From Podarcis gaigeae (Eukaryota): a stretch of DNA of 64,000 bases. The notes beneath the pieces were generated by a model. That model saw only the letters and a program-made list of their open reading frames with translations. It did no database searches and was not told where the DNA came from. Within the stretch, counting starts at the first letter, position 1. Every line of letters begins with the position of its first letter. This document shows, one piece after another, positions 1 to 12,772 of this stretch. Both the position numbers and the translations under genes were made by a program. The stretch is taken from the NCBI GenBank assembly GCA_964106915.2, contig OZ066914.1, one strand, 5' to 3'.

Positions 1-82
1 ATTCTAAATCATTTGGGGAGCCTCCTCACAAGGAGAAAGATGGTTCTCTGCTACAAATAATTGCACTCAACATGACAGTGAC

Positions 83-452
83 TGAAATATACTCAGAGTC
101 GCAAAGTGATTTCATGCTCTTTATTCAGCTCATAGTGGTGAGGAGGAATTAATGAAAGTCCCCTCAAAGTATCTGCTTTATATACATTATTTATACAATG
201 GGCTGCACATGATTGGCAAATTCTGGAATTCTACTGTAAGCCAATCAGGTTGTGGATTCACTTCTATCTGGAGCATGATTGGGTGGTTCCTGCCAACCAA
301 TCAGACTGCTGCATTGTTCTAAGACCAATCAGACTGCTGCATTCTGAATCCTATTGTTCTAGGACCAATCAGACTGCTGCCTTTTGGATCCTATTGTTCT
401 AGGACCAATCAGACTGCTGCAGTTTGGATCCTATTCAACTCAGTACATAACA
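83..452 (-). mobile_element. Solo LTR
   Basis: TG...CA termini with a 5-bp TSD gtgac (78-82, 453-457). On the minus strand: TATA-like box (~177-184), AATAAA (~120-125) and CCAAT-containing tandem repeats. Confidence 0.75.
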
Positions 453-507
453 GTGACAATGATGGGGGCAGGAGGAGCTGTGTTTTACTGTGTTTGATGT
501 TTTAATT

Positions 508-761
508 CAGGGGTCAGCAAACTTTTTCAGCCGTGGGCCGGTCCACTGTCCCTCAGACCTTGTGGGGGGCCGGACTATATTTTTTTTGGGGGGGGGGAAT
601 GAAGGAATTCCTATGCCCCACAAATAGCCCAGAGATGCATTTTAAATAAAAAGACACATTCTACTCATGTAAAAACACGCTGATTCCTGGACCGTCTGCA
701 AGCTGGATTGAGAAGGCAATTGGGCCGCATCCGGCCCCCTGGGCCTTAGGTTGCCTACCCG
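508..761 (+). mobile_element. hAT MITE family A, nested in an L2-like 3' tail (~474-850)
   Basis: Termini caggggtcagcaa...ttgcctaccc; 8-bp TSD ttttaatt. Homologous to the copies at 20982, 48199 and 58514. Confidence 0.8.
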
Positions 762-2997
762 TTTTAATTTGTTGAAAGCTGCCCAGAGTGGCTGAGCCAC
801 CCAGTCAGATGGATGGAATATAAATATTATTAGTATTTGTATTATTATAACTTTGGGGTTGGCTAAATGGGCAGCCCAGAGGCATTTTCCAGCAAATTTC
901 CCCTCTTCACATGTTACTCAAACATAGAGGACCTAGGATATGCCTCCACTAACAGGCTTAATGCCAACCCGTATTCTACCACATCATGAATAGCTCAGCA
1001 ATTCAGAAAACCAATGGCGCAAGGTGTTGCAATACTTTTTGGACAGCATTTATGTTCTTGCATCGTCTCCCTCTGCAAACTATGATTTGTGCCACAATAT
1101 GCTCTATTCAACAAAGCGTTTTCTGGCTGATCTCTCCTTTCGCCGGCCATCTCACTGCTGTGATAATCCCTCCATGTGCAGCACTTAGCCATGAAATTTC
1201 CCCACAGCAACATGGCAATTTTTAAGTGCCAATTGCCTCCTTCAGCAAATAGTTCTCATTGCGAGAAAGAAACAGCTGTTTTTTGTCAATAGCTTCCCAT
1301 TATTGCTGCCACCAGAGAATATGGCACAAGGTTTACTTGGAGTAGTTGGGGAGATAAAAAAAAACCTGGGCCACAGAATATGGTTTCATGTTCATTTTCA
1401 GCCTGTTTTGCATTCCCTGGATAACTGCAGAATCTCCCAACAATGAAAAAATAGATAATCTTTAATAATTTGCTTTGGTCTCACTTTTTTTCCTGTTGCA
1501 ATAGTGACTTGACTCCCACTCGATTTTTTTAAAAAAAACAACAACACCAAGCCCAACATGTGTCATTAGATTGATTTGCAACTGTGAAATGTTGTCTATC
1601 ACATTTCTAAAGTGAAGTAGTGCTGGTGAATGTTATCAGTCACAGAAGTGGTGGGAGAGAGGGAACAATAGCGAAATCTCTCTAACCGTTTGTCTTATAC
1701 TGTAGGTGAGGGCCAAATTACACCAAGATTGTTTGAATCAGATGTGCAGGATTTTTAAAATGCAATTTTTAAAATGCAAATTCCATCAACTTGGGGGGGT
1801 GACTGATGGAATCGGAACAGGTGGGGGTGACCCCCAAAACAGCCTAGTGGGGAATGAGGATGCTCAGTGGCCATATAATATTGAGGACCTATTGGGGGGA
1901 GGCATAGGAAAGAACAGGGAGCACAATGGAATGGAATATTCCAAAAGAGGACATGGCTGGCTGTAACTTTAAACTTGAGAACTCCACGCTGCAGGATTTT
2001 GTAGCAGGTTTCACTTGTTTACAATTTGCCTTTGGCTCAAGTAAGTATTAGTGTTGGGTGAGGGGTGGTGAGAGACAACTGCTAGACAATTTCACTGTTG
2101 TTGTCTTTTTGAAAATATTGTAGCTCCTTTCCCCTTTGCCATGATCTCATTTTTCACATCAGGATCAATACAACCCAAGAAGTTAATGTCGAGACTGTAC
2201 TTCACCCCCTTCCCACCCCGACCTCCTGTTTCCATGTCTGAAGCCGACTCCTTCAATCAATATGGCTCTGGCTCTAATAATGATTTTGGCTCCTTTTCAA
2301 CCTTGATATCATGAATGGATTTTCCCATGTTTCGCATGAATTATGTGTTTGCAGCTACATCTGCCTTCTTCAAACATGTTCTCATGCATAAACACTGGAA
2401 TCAATTTTTTATGAAAGTTGGTGTACAAATGTTTTCAACCAACATTTTTGTCCATAATACAGGATTGGGTCAAAACCTTCCTTCAACACTTTTCTCAACA
2501 CAAAATGAAAAGAAGTGACACGTATTCTGCATAAGCAGCAAATAATCAAAGAATAAACATGATCCTGAACTGTACCACGCCAAACTTGGGCTGAGCTGAA
2601 AGCTCTTTCACAAAAATATGCCCCCAATTTGGGGGGTCAGGTGGGAAGGGAGCAAATATCCCTCCATACACAACCAGGTTACCATTTCTCACTGCCAACA
2701 CCTGTTTCAAGGTTATGGGAATGATAGTGCTTCCCAAAATCTCTGCAGCTACCTTCCACTATTTTTTCCTTTCAACACTTCTGAGAGTGAGGGCAGAAAG
2801 CACTACTTTCACTCTAACTGGCATCGTGGTAATGCTTTGTCATCACATACTATCGCCAGGTAGCCAATCAATAATTTTAGGGAGGAATTTCAGGTCAGCC
2901 CTTTCAGATTATAGATGGAAAGCAATGAAATTCTTCAGCAGTGCTTCCAGGACAGTTTATAAATTACAAGATAATACATCAATAAAATAAAATATTA

Positions 2998-3426
2998 GGG
3001 ACGCGGGTGGCGCTGTGGGTAAAACCTCAGTGCCTAGGACTTGCCGATCGCATGGTTGGCAGTTCGAATCCCCGCGGCGGGGTGAGCTCCCATCTTTCAG
3101 TCCCAGTTCCTGCCCACCTAGCAGTTTGAAAGCACATCAAAGTGCAAGTAGATAAATAGGTATGGCTTTATGTTCCTGCCCACCTAGCAGTTTGAAAGCA
3201 CATCAAAGTGCAAGTAGATAAATAGGTACTGCTTTATAGCGGGAAGGTAAACGGCGTTTCCGTGCGCTGCTCTGGTGCTGGCTCGCCAGAGCAGCTTCGT
3301 CACACTGGCCACGTGACCCGGAAGTGTCTCCGGACAGTGCTGGCCCCCGGCCTCTTAAGTGAGATGGGCGCACAACCCTAGAGTCGGACACGACTGGCCC
3401 GTACGGGAAGGGGTACCCTTACCTTT
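2998..3426 (+). mobile_element. Sauria SINE with an internal 66-bp duplication
   Basis: GGGACGCGGGTGGCGCTGTGG head, B-box GTTCGAATCCC and ACCTTT tail; TSD tacatcaataaaata (2975-2989, 3427-3441). Confidence 0.9.
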
Positions 3427-3457
3427 TACATCAATAAAATACAGGATAAACATGTGA

Positions 3458-3552
3458 ATATCTATCTATCATCTATCTATCATCTATCTATCTATCATAT
3501 ATTATCTATCTATCTATCTATCTATCATCATCATCTATTTATCATCTATCTA
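3458..3552. repeat. (TATC)n microsatellite
   Basis: Imperfect TATC/ATC array. Confidence 0.9.
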
Positions 3553-4040
3553 CCGTATTTTTCGCTCTATAGGACGCACCAGACGATAAGAGAGTTTGGG
3601 GGAGAGGAAACATGAAAAAAAAAAATCTGAATCCCAGAAGCCAGAACAGCAAGAGGGATCTGGTCTGGCTTCTGGGATAGCCTCTTGTTGTTCTGGCTTC
3701 TGGGATAGCCGCTGAAGCCTCTCCTGGGCAGCGGGATGAAGGCTCCCCCTGCCTGGAAGAGGCTGCCCTCTGTCCCTTCCCCCATCTCCCGCAAGAACCA
3801 TGCACTCTTTACAGGGAGCGCAGTTCTTGGGGGCTTTTCTGGGAAGTGGGGGAAGGGACAGAGCCTCATGCTCTGTCCCTTCCCCCCACTTCCCACAAGA
3901 GCCGCATGAAGCCTCCTCAGGGCAGTGGGGAGCCTTCATCCCGCTACCCTACGGAGGCTTCGCGGGGGCTATCCAAAAGCCAGAATAGCTAGAGGGAGCG
4001 CTGCGCAGTGCTCCCTCTAGCTGTTCTAGCTTCGTGGGAA
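3553..4040 (+). mobile_element. Truncated Tc1/mariner (Tc2/pogo-like) non-autonomous element
   Basis: Left TIR TA|CCGTATTTTTCGCTCTATA is shared with the element at 60136. Internal hairpins present; right TIR not found. Confidence 0.65.
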
Positions 4041-5006
4041 CTTTTTCCTAGACATCTTGTAGGGTGGGGCAAATCATGCATGTCTGCCCTGGGAAGATGC
4101 ATGTGCCCCCTTGCAGAGATGGCTTATGCACCTCCCTATGGAAACTCGGGATTTCTCCCTCTGTACAAGACCCCAAGAAGAATGCACTGCCATGAACACG
4201 GCTCTCATGATCAGCACAGAGAGTACATCCAGGCACAATGTGACTGTTCAGAGGCTGACTAATTCAGTCCAACAATGCATCTTTGGAAAGCAAACCGAGT
4301 GCCAGCTGCCAGTAACACTCAAGTTAGCCTTGGCTCCTAGCCTGTTGAAGTATAACGCAGATGGAAAATGTTAAATGTACTGGCCCTTAACAAAATAATA
4401 GCGATGCTCCTGGACTCTGAGCCTTAGCTGCCAGTGTGGAGCCAACATACTGAAACGGGAACTCATAGATGTATTTGGAATCCAAATCTAAACCCATATC
4501 CTATTTGCAGCATTTACTTCCTTCGTTGGCTCGGCTGATCAAAAACCAGAAACACAATGTCCCCAAACCATTTTATTGGGCTCCAGCTGTACCCTTGCTT
4601 TCAAATGTTCCGTGTGTGATACATCTGTGGTTTTGAAAGATCTGATGGAATGTTTCCCACATGTTCGGTGTTGCTCATTTCCAAGCTGTTCAGCATTGCT
4701 AAATTGCAGCCAGGGCTGAGGCTGAAACTACACATGATCCTCAGCTGTGTGATTATCTCTCAACCCCCCCCCCCAATATATTTTCTTTCCAAATGAAAAG
4801 CAACCTTGGGGAGTGTGCTTGAGAGTGAAAAGAGTGACAGGGGGAGGGGTTGCTTAACTCTTTCAACCCTGGAAATCTTTCCTCTTAAACATCACTCTCA
4901 GCAGAACTTTTCTACCTGCGGGGGGGGGGGGGAATATACTAGGCGATACGCAATTGTGGCAGCTCACCCATACAAGTGGCATTCTGCAAAGGGGAGCCCT
5001 CTTCTT

Positions 5007-5546
5007 GTTGTTGTTGTTGTTTAGTCGTTTAGTCATGTCCGACTCTTCGTGACCCCATGGACCAGAGCACGCCAGGCACTCCTGCCTTCCACTGCCTCCC
5101 GCAGTTTGGTCAGACTCATGTTTGTAGCTTCAAGAACACTGTCCAACCATCTCGTCCTCTGTCGTCCCCTTCTCCTTGTGCCCTCCATCTTTCCCAACAT
5201 CAGGGTCTTTTCCAGGGAGTCTTCTCTTCTCATGAAGTGGCCAAAGTATTGGAGCCTCAGCTTCACGATCTGTCCTTCCAGTGAGCACTCAGGGCTGATT
5301 TCCTTAAGAATGGATGCGTTTGATCTTCTTGCAGTCCATGGGACTCTCAAGAGTCTCCTTCAGCACCATAATTCAAAAGCATCCATTCTTCGGCAATCAG
5401 CCTTCTTTATGGTCCAGCTCTCACTTCCATACATCACAACTGGGAAAACCATGGCTTTAACTATACGGACCTTTGTTGGCAAGGTGATGTCTCTGCTTTT
5501 TAAGATGCTATCTAGGTTTACCATCGCCTTTCTCCCAAGGAGCAGG
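5007..5546 (-). mobile_element. BovB (RTE LINE) 5'-truncated 3' fragment
   Basis: Encodes RVPWTARRSNASILKEISPECSLEG...GRQRTRWLD; (AAC)n tail; TSD agccctcttctt (4995-5006, 5560-5571). Confidence 0.92.
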
Positions 5547-5992
5547 CCTCTTCTTAGTAAGCCCTCTTCTTAGTAACAGCTGAATCCACTAGGTGCACTG
5601 CACTTGCAAAAGATGGCGTGAAACCTCTGGTGTAACTGCCATCATTGTGCTGATGACAGTTAAGCTTTGCATGCCACCACTTGCACTATTGTTTGTACAA
5701 GCACTTGTGCAACAGTCTAAACTCTCTTATGTTAAATCACACTCCCTAGGTACATGAATTTTTCATCCCACAGGTGAGAAAGCAGCTTGGAGAATAATTT
5801 CGAGTATGGGAAATAATTGGAGGGAGAAGGGTTAAGCAGCCCCTGTTTCTTCATTCTTCACCCATATCCCACCCTGCTGTTGCAAGCTCTTGATCACAAC
5901 TTCTAAGGCTGCTTTGCATTATGAAATGCTGAGCCTTCAGGAGAAAGAATCATAAAATCAAGTTGGGCAGGTTTCCAGGTTTGTCTTTGAAA

Positions 5993-6230
5993 CATAGGGA
6001 CCAAATGTATGGGCAGCCCCCCCCCCCAAGTATGTGGGGATGGGGCTGAGCCCCTCTCCAATCTTGAGGGCCTTGCTGGCCTCCTGGCGGTGGGCCTTGT
6101 TGGGTTTCCCAATGCACGTGACGTCACATGTGTGTCTCACTTGTGACACCACATGACCTACCGCTTGTAACATCACACACATGTGATGAGCCCCCCCCCC
6201 CCCAATGTTGGGTGGAACTTGTTGCCTCTG
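5993..6230. mobile_element. hAT-type MITE with CACGTGACGTCA-like internal repeats
   Basis: 8-bp TSD ctttgaaa (5985-5992, 6231-6238); degenerate CA...TG termini. Confidence 0.6.
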
Positions 6231-8716
6231 CTTTGAAACCACGAGGGCTAGCCACATACACCAATCGAAACATGGAAGTTGAGAGGCCCACAGGAGGAGT
6301 CCAAATTCTGTGCAGGATTCCAGGCTCTGCCATTACCGCCTTCTGACAGTCACCTGACCTGAGAAAGTGTTACGGAGAGAGCAGCAAAGCACTGAGGTCC
6401 CTCTATTTAACTGTGCTGCCATTTTGCTCTTACACTTCTTTGGGCTGTCGAAGCAGCCATGTGTCTGTGGGTTTCTAAAAAGGAGTCCATGCTTTTTCCA
6501 GCTCACTAAGCAACTGTGTGGTTGTATGTACAGTGACAGAGCAGCTGCCCTTACAGATATACCGGGGGTTGTTCCTAAGAGCCATGAGTTGTTTGCACAG
6601 TTTAGTTATGCACACCCCTGAACTCCTCCTGCAGCTCTCTGGAGATGAAGGTGAAGGGAGGACAAAGTGGATGCTTTGATTCATCTGCTTTGCTTTTAGC
6701 TTCCTTGCTGAACTTCAAAGGGAATCTCATGCTTTTGAGGGAGACACAACAAGCCTCATTTGCTTCCCCCTAAGGGCACTGCCCTTCCTTAAGCTGTGAC
6801 CCTGGGACCTGTGCTGTTGCTGCTCATCACTGCTCAGGCTGGGGGTCCTAATCCCCCCCCCCCAAATATCCTTGGTTCATCCTACAAACAAGCAACACCA
6901 TTCTCTCTCGCTTAATGTTGAGAGCATTATTTTGTGGTTAAGTTTGTTTGTGTTTGTGTGTCTGTGTGTATGCATCTCACTTTTGAGAGCTCACTTTTTA
7001 AAAATGAAAAGGTAGGTCAAGCAAAATGCAAAATGATTGTTTTCAACAATCGAAATAAAATAAAATACATTAGGAAGGTGGCAGAGACCTGCACGCTCAG
7101 AGTAGCTGAGGCACATTTATTTCCAATTTGTCATTGTCTGAGATCTGCAAATGATTAAATACAAATTTAATAATAAAATAAATATTAAATGAGTGCTGGT
7201 TTGTGCCAGGCATTAGAAGATGCTGTGATACAATCATTTTTAGGCCAAAATAAAAATGAAAATCCTTTAAATGCCTTTATGGTTCTCATGCTGCAAAAGT
7301 GGAGAACGTGTGGACCACCCAGACATTATTGGATTCCAGCTTTCTTCAGCCAGCTGGCATGGTTAATGACATAACCATGCTATGACTATGTGCTTTTGAT
7401 CACACATGCTTTTTGTGCCAGGCGCTGCTATTACTTTACAAGGAAAGTTGTGATTCTGTTGTTTCTTTGTAGGTCTGGGGCAGACCTCTTCAAGGGGAAG
7501 AACAGTGCTATTGGATTGGGGGGTTGGTTGGTTTGGATGCCATCTTTGGATTCTCTCCTAGCATGTGGTTTTATAGCTGTATGATGGGGTTCTGTAGTAG
7601 AGGGAACTGCTGAAGTGATGGAACCAGTTTCTTTGTTAATGGCCCCCTTCAGCATGTCTAAGGAGTTGGTCAAGAGCAGGTCTGTTGCCTTAGCAACAGC
7701 TAAGCCAGCAATGCTACCAGAAGGATGAGGCCAGCTTTCCTTCCTTCGTCTGGCTGGAGGCCCCATCATCTTAAGGCCAGGAGAACAGGGCTAGCATGGA
7801 ATACACTTACACCTGAATAGCTCTCTGTGTTGGAACCAAAGTTATGAATTTGGAAGGTGGGTAACCTAGAAACCTAAAAGGGTTGGAATAATATCTGTTG
7901 TAGTGATAATGCTGTGAGGTTTCTCACTGCTTAGAGACTGTGGTGCGTCCACATGCACACAAATAAATTTTCAATTTTAAAAATGGGATTGGAGTTTTGC
8001 ACTGATGCTTCCCTGTGCTTGTGTTTTATTGTGTTAAGTTTGTATCATTGTTAGCTGCCATGAGGACTCCTGGTGATGCAGAGGGGCAGAGGACAAATTC
8101 TTTCATCATCATGGTCCATGATGTGCTTCTATATTATTTAATTAGATTCTGAGAGAGCTCAGCGGAGCCAAACTGATGGGAAAGAATTAGCCAAACAAGC
8201 AAATAAATGGTATAGTTAGGCATTATACTGCTATATGTCCATGAAATATGTGGAGACACTGATTCAGAGTCTGTATTGTTATGCTGGGGTAAGTTCCCAC
8301 TTGTCTTGTGAGCAAGCTTACCCTCAGACAAGCTCTAACCCTTTGTGAGAAATTGATGTTTGATTATTATCTCACAGTATTTGTAGAACTGTAATCTGGA
8401 AGTGAGGTAAAGCAACAAAGGAAGAATAAGGCTGACATAGTAAGCATAGCTACTTCCTGATACAAGTTCTGCTGAAATCAACGCGAATTACTCCCAAATT
8501 AGTTCTGGGATGTACATTTCAATGGTATATGTATGTTAAAGAATCAGTTATTTTCCTTTTCCTTTTCTTAGGACGTTCTCTGCTACAAGTTTCACTGATG
8601 ATATACAGTAGAGAAAGCTGAGTAATTTATAGGCCATTTACCAGAAAACTTAGTTTGTTTACACATTACCCGTTATTCTGGCTCCAGTGCACATCCACTG
8701 CTGGCTTTTGATATTG

Positions 8717-9056
8717 GGGACATGGGTGGCGCTGTGGGTTAAACCACAGAGCCTAGGGCTTGCCGATCGGAAGGTCAGCGGTTCGAATTCCTGTGATGGG
8801 GTGAGCCTCCATTGCTCAGTCCCTGCTTCTGCCCACCTAGCAGTTTGAAAGCATGCAGTGCAAGTAGATAAATTAGGTACCACTCCAACGGGAAGGTAAA
8901 CAGCGTTTCTGTGCACTGCTCTGGTTTGCCAGAAGAGGCTTAGTCATGCTGGCCACATGAGCTGTACGCCAGCTCCCTCGGCCAGTAAAGCAAGATGAGC
9001 GCCACAACCCCAGAGTCATCCGCGACTGGACCTAACGGTCAGGGTCCCTTTACCTT
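8717..9056 (+). mobile_element. Sauria SINE
   Basis: Colinear with the copies at 2998 and 34511; flanked by a tgatatt direct repeat. Confidence 0.9.
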
Positions 9057-9571
9057 AACACATGATATTAGCCACAATGCAGAGCTATTGTGTAGTTTCT
9101 TGAGAAATGCTGCTATTTGATGCATTCCCCTTCAAACTGGTTTCACTCCAAAAGCAAAACTGAAGCCACATTCACTTTGCAGTTAAAGCGCCTGAGGTGT
9201 GCATTTGAGACACCCATTGCATATGTGCAGATGACAGTGCGTGTGCAGATGACAGCCTCATGGGTTGTAGGGGCAAGGAAACCAAACATCAGGTGTACAT
9301 GAGGTGAAGACACCCCTGCCCTCTCACTGGTTTGTGTGCAGCAACGTGCAAATGTGGCTTGAAGCATTGGAGTGTCTGTTTGCGTGACCTTGCTACTTTT
9401 AAAGCCACTAATGTGTACATAGCCTTGGGGGTCAATGTATAGAGCCATATGCCTTACTCAGACTACAGTATTTTCCAAGTGGATATTGCCATACTATACC
9501 TCTTATGATCCAGCTCTGGCCAAAACAGGTCACTACAGATCTTTGGTGCTTGGAGGGAAGAGGGATGGGAT

Positions 9572-9707
9572 CAGTGCTATTATTCTAGAAAAAGAGGTGC
9601 CAGAACTCACCACGAACACCTCACTCGTTCTCTTAGAATGGCAGTGGTGCCTACCTGAGAGGTGCTGGAACTGCGTTCTGGTGAGCCCTGGCTGAAAAAA
9701 AGCTCTG
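9572..9707. mobile_element. hAT MITE
   Basis: Termini cagtgct...agctctg; 8-bp TSD gatgggat. Confidence 0.7.
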
Positions 9708-10171
9708 GATGGGATCACGTTGGTTGGCCAGTGCTGCACACTTTTAAAGCGGGGGTGGCCCCTCCAGCCCTCTCTAAATGGCCACACCTCCTCTCTCTAG
9801 GCCACAGCCTGCACAGCCCTTCTCCTTGAGTGCTTTTGCCTGGCTGGGATGACACCTCTTGCTGGCCTAGATGGAAAGGAGTGTGTCGGGAGTATGTGTA
9901 GAAACCTCTGCTGTGTTGGGCTGGAATGCAGGCTGCTGTCCAAAGGGAAAAGTCGTATCTGTTGCTCTGTGTACTTTTGCCTCTGGCTTCGGTCACCACT
10001 GGCAGGCAGCCCCTTCATGTATGCCTGTGAGGGGAATGCAGTCCTCAAGCTGAAAAGGTCCTTCATCCCTGCTTTTACAAATCAATGCTGACCCAGCTGA
10101 TTTCCACTTTAGCTGGAAATTGCACTATAATGATTCTGTCCCTTTCACCTAGCCAGAGCCCACTGAAATGA

Positions 10172-10173
<2 letters not shown>

Positions 10174-10221
<48 letters not shown>
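10174..10221. repeat. (TC)n(TG)n compound microsatellite
   Basis: Read directly from the sequence. Confidence 0.9.
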
Positions 10222-11187
10222 CTGCTTTCTTGACTCTAACACACATAGACCAGAATGACTGCAGTGTGAATGCTCTGAAAAAGAGCGTGTGTGTGCATGC
10301 GCACACACGGTTTCATGCCTTGCATGGGATTGAACTAGATGACCCTAGTTCTTCAATTCTATGATTCTCTGACATCTTAGCTCCCTTCCTTTGCTTTCAT
10401 ATGCACAGGGCTCTGCACTGCTCAGATTGGAAAATGCCTGCTTAATAACGGGCATATTGGGATTAGAAGCATAGTGGAAGATATGGCAGATGGGTCGGGG
10501 GCCACAGAGGCTCAGATCTGATGCGAGGCTTTTCCCTACAATGGGAGCATTAGTTTCTAGCTGGAGTCCAAGGAACATTAAGGAGCTTTCTGGCAGGGGA
10601 GCGGGCTTGTAAAGCGGAGGAAAATTGCTGGCAAGGCACTTTGGAATTAGGAGCTGATGCTATTTGGGTTGAGCCTCCCTCCTTCCCTCTGATTTTATAT
10701 GGAACTTGAGTGTTCATTCAAAATGCATCTCCAGATACTTAGGGAGCTAATAGGACTGGCAGAATCATCAATAATGCAAGGGAGGAGGCAAGGAAAGTGG
10801 ATTAAGTATATCCACTAGGAGCACACTAGTTGATACTACTACATATCAGGGCCACCGAGAGACAGGTGGGTCTATAAAGGCCAGATGGCAGAAAAATACC
10901 ACTGAAGAGAATGAAGCAGAGGGCCTTGCGGAAAGCAACTTAGCTGAGAGAAGAGAAAGAGAGAGTTGCTGACCAGTTAGTTCATCATCACTATGGCATT
11001 GTGGGTTCTGTGGCTCAAGTACAGAAAGGCAGAATTTGAACTCTGTATCCTAAGAATTATTTTTTTTTTAAAAAAAAAACCCCTCAAGTTTCTGGACCTT
11101 AAGGGGGAAAACCCTGCCCCAAAGATGCAGATTTTTTTCTTAAGCAGTAACAGGGAAGTTAAACTGTGATGTCATAACATAACATAA

Positions 11188-11705
11188 TGTTACAATAGTG
11201 GGTGCTACCCCCTGCCAAGCAGTAGTAAACTCCAGGGAGTTCCAGGTGCTAACCCAACGTCTGTGCTCCTTTGGGGGATTGAAGATGTGGCGGAGAGTGT
11301 CGTAGCTTTAAGAAATGTGGTTTATTCACCTATTTACACCTTCATTCCGCGTGTAGGGAGTCCAGCTCGCACAGCATGATCATCTCACGCAGGACTTGTT
11401 CCCCACAGCAGTGCAGCACTGGAGTCAAAGGCATCTCTCCCAACCAGCCTGCGCAAGATGGATCCCAGTCCTTTTTTTTTTTAACCTCCGTTCTTCCCAG
11501 CACACCTTGCTCTTTTCCTGTCACTTTGAACCCCACCCAATCACCATGGCAACTTCTCTCAGATGGGCCACATGACACCTTTTGATGTCATGTTGATGCT
11601 TCTCTCCCATGTGAGACCCTGCCTTGGAAAGAAAGCTTAGCCAGTACTTTCCACTGGCCTCCAATCTTCCCTTTTGGGGTCTCTCCAAAATCTATAATGC
11701 CAACA
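11188..11705 (-). mobile_element. Possible solo LTR interrupting a CR1-like 3' end (CR1 remnant continues to ~12060)
   Basis: TGTT...AACA termini and a minus-strand AATAAA. Splits an aacataa|gaagagcc-like CR1 tail. No clean TSD. Confidence 0.35.
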
Positions 11706-12667
11706 GTGTAAGAGCCTTGCTACATCAAGCCAGTGGCCTTTCTAGTTCAGCATTGTGCTTTTGTAGTGGCCTCTGGAGAACACTGCCTTTTCTAGCAACT
11801 GGTATTCAGAAGCATATTACCTCTGACAGTGGAGGTAGAATGTAGTCATCAGGGTGAATAGCCTTATCTTCCCAGAATTTATCTAATCCTGTTTTGAAGA
11901 CATCCAAGTGGCTGGCCATCCCTTCCTCTTGTGAAAGCAATTTCCACAGTGTAACAGGGAGCAGTGTGGAAAAATACTTCCTCGTCTGTCCTGAAACTTC
12001 CAGCGTTCAGCTGTCTTTGAGCATTATTGGCTATTTCAGCCAATGGGGGTATTTTCTGTCTCTCCCCACTCTCGTTGTAGTTATGAAAACTGCTTGATAA
12101 CACTGATTTCCAAAATTTGGGGGAAATCCCCATTCAAGTCTGTTCTATCTTGGGTTGACAGCTGAAGATTTTCTGTGGACTCACCTCCTTTTGCTAGCAT
12201 GAGTTTCCCCTGTGATGCATCTACCAAGTGGGAAGACCACTTTTGGGGTTGCTTTGACACATTCCACAGCTCCTCGTGTTCTGACTCAGTTCTGCGGGTC
12301 AGAGTCAGCCATGATCCGAAAATGTTTCAAAGCATTCAAAGCCAGGGGGGCGGGTGATGGTTCTAGCAGCACTTGAACATATTCTCCTACTGGTAAATAT
12401 GTGGGCTGGGGTTAAGCTGTGCTTGAGCTATTATTATTATATTTGTTGGGTTTTGTGCAATTTTATATCTGATTCCCCCACCCCTATGAGACATATTTTA
12501 CAGGCTTGCTTTTCTATGTTAAATGTTTTGCTACCTATCCAGAGCCTTCAAGATGAAGTGAGATGCAATAGCTACGTAAAATGATGCATAAATATAAAAC
12601 TGTCCAAGCAATGTCTGTTTCATTAATACTTTCAAATCTCTCTCTCTCCCCCCCCCCCTTTCTCTAG

Positions 12668-12772
<105 letters not shown>

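Noticed and set aside
297-445. CRISPR-like repeat array
   Set aside because: These are tandem repeats without unique spacers, inside a eukaryotic LTR.
5049-5573. 174-aa plus-strand ORF
   Set aside because: Antisense shadow of the BovB ORF.
1-12667. DESI2-like first coding exon (expected ...LNVYDM|GT)
   Set aside because: No matching sequence or CpG island found; it is presumably upstream of the window.
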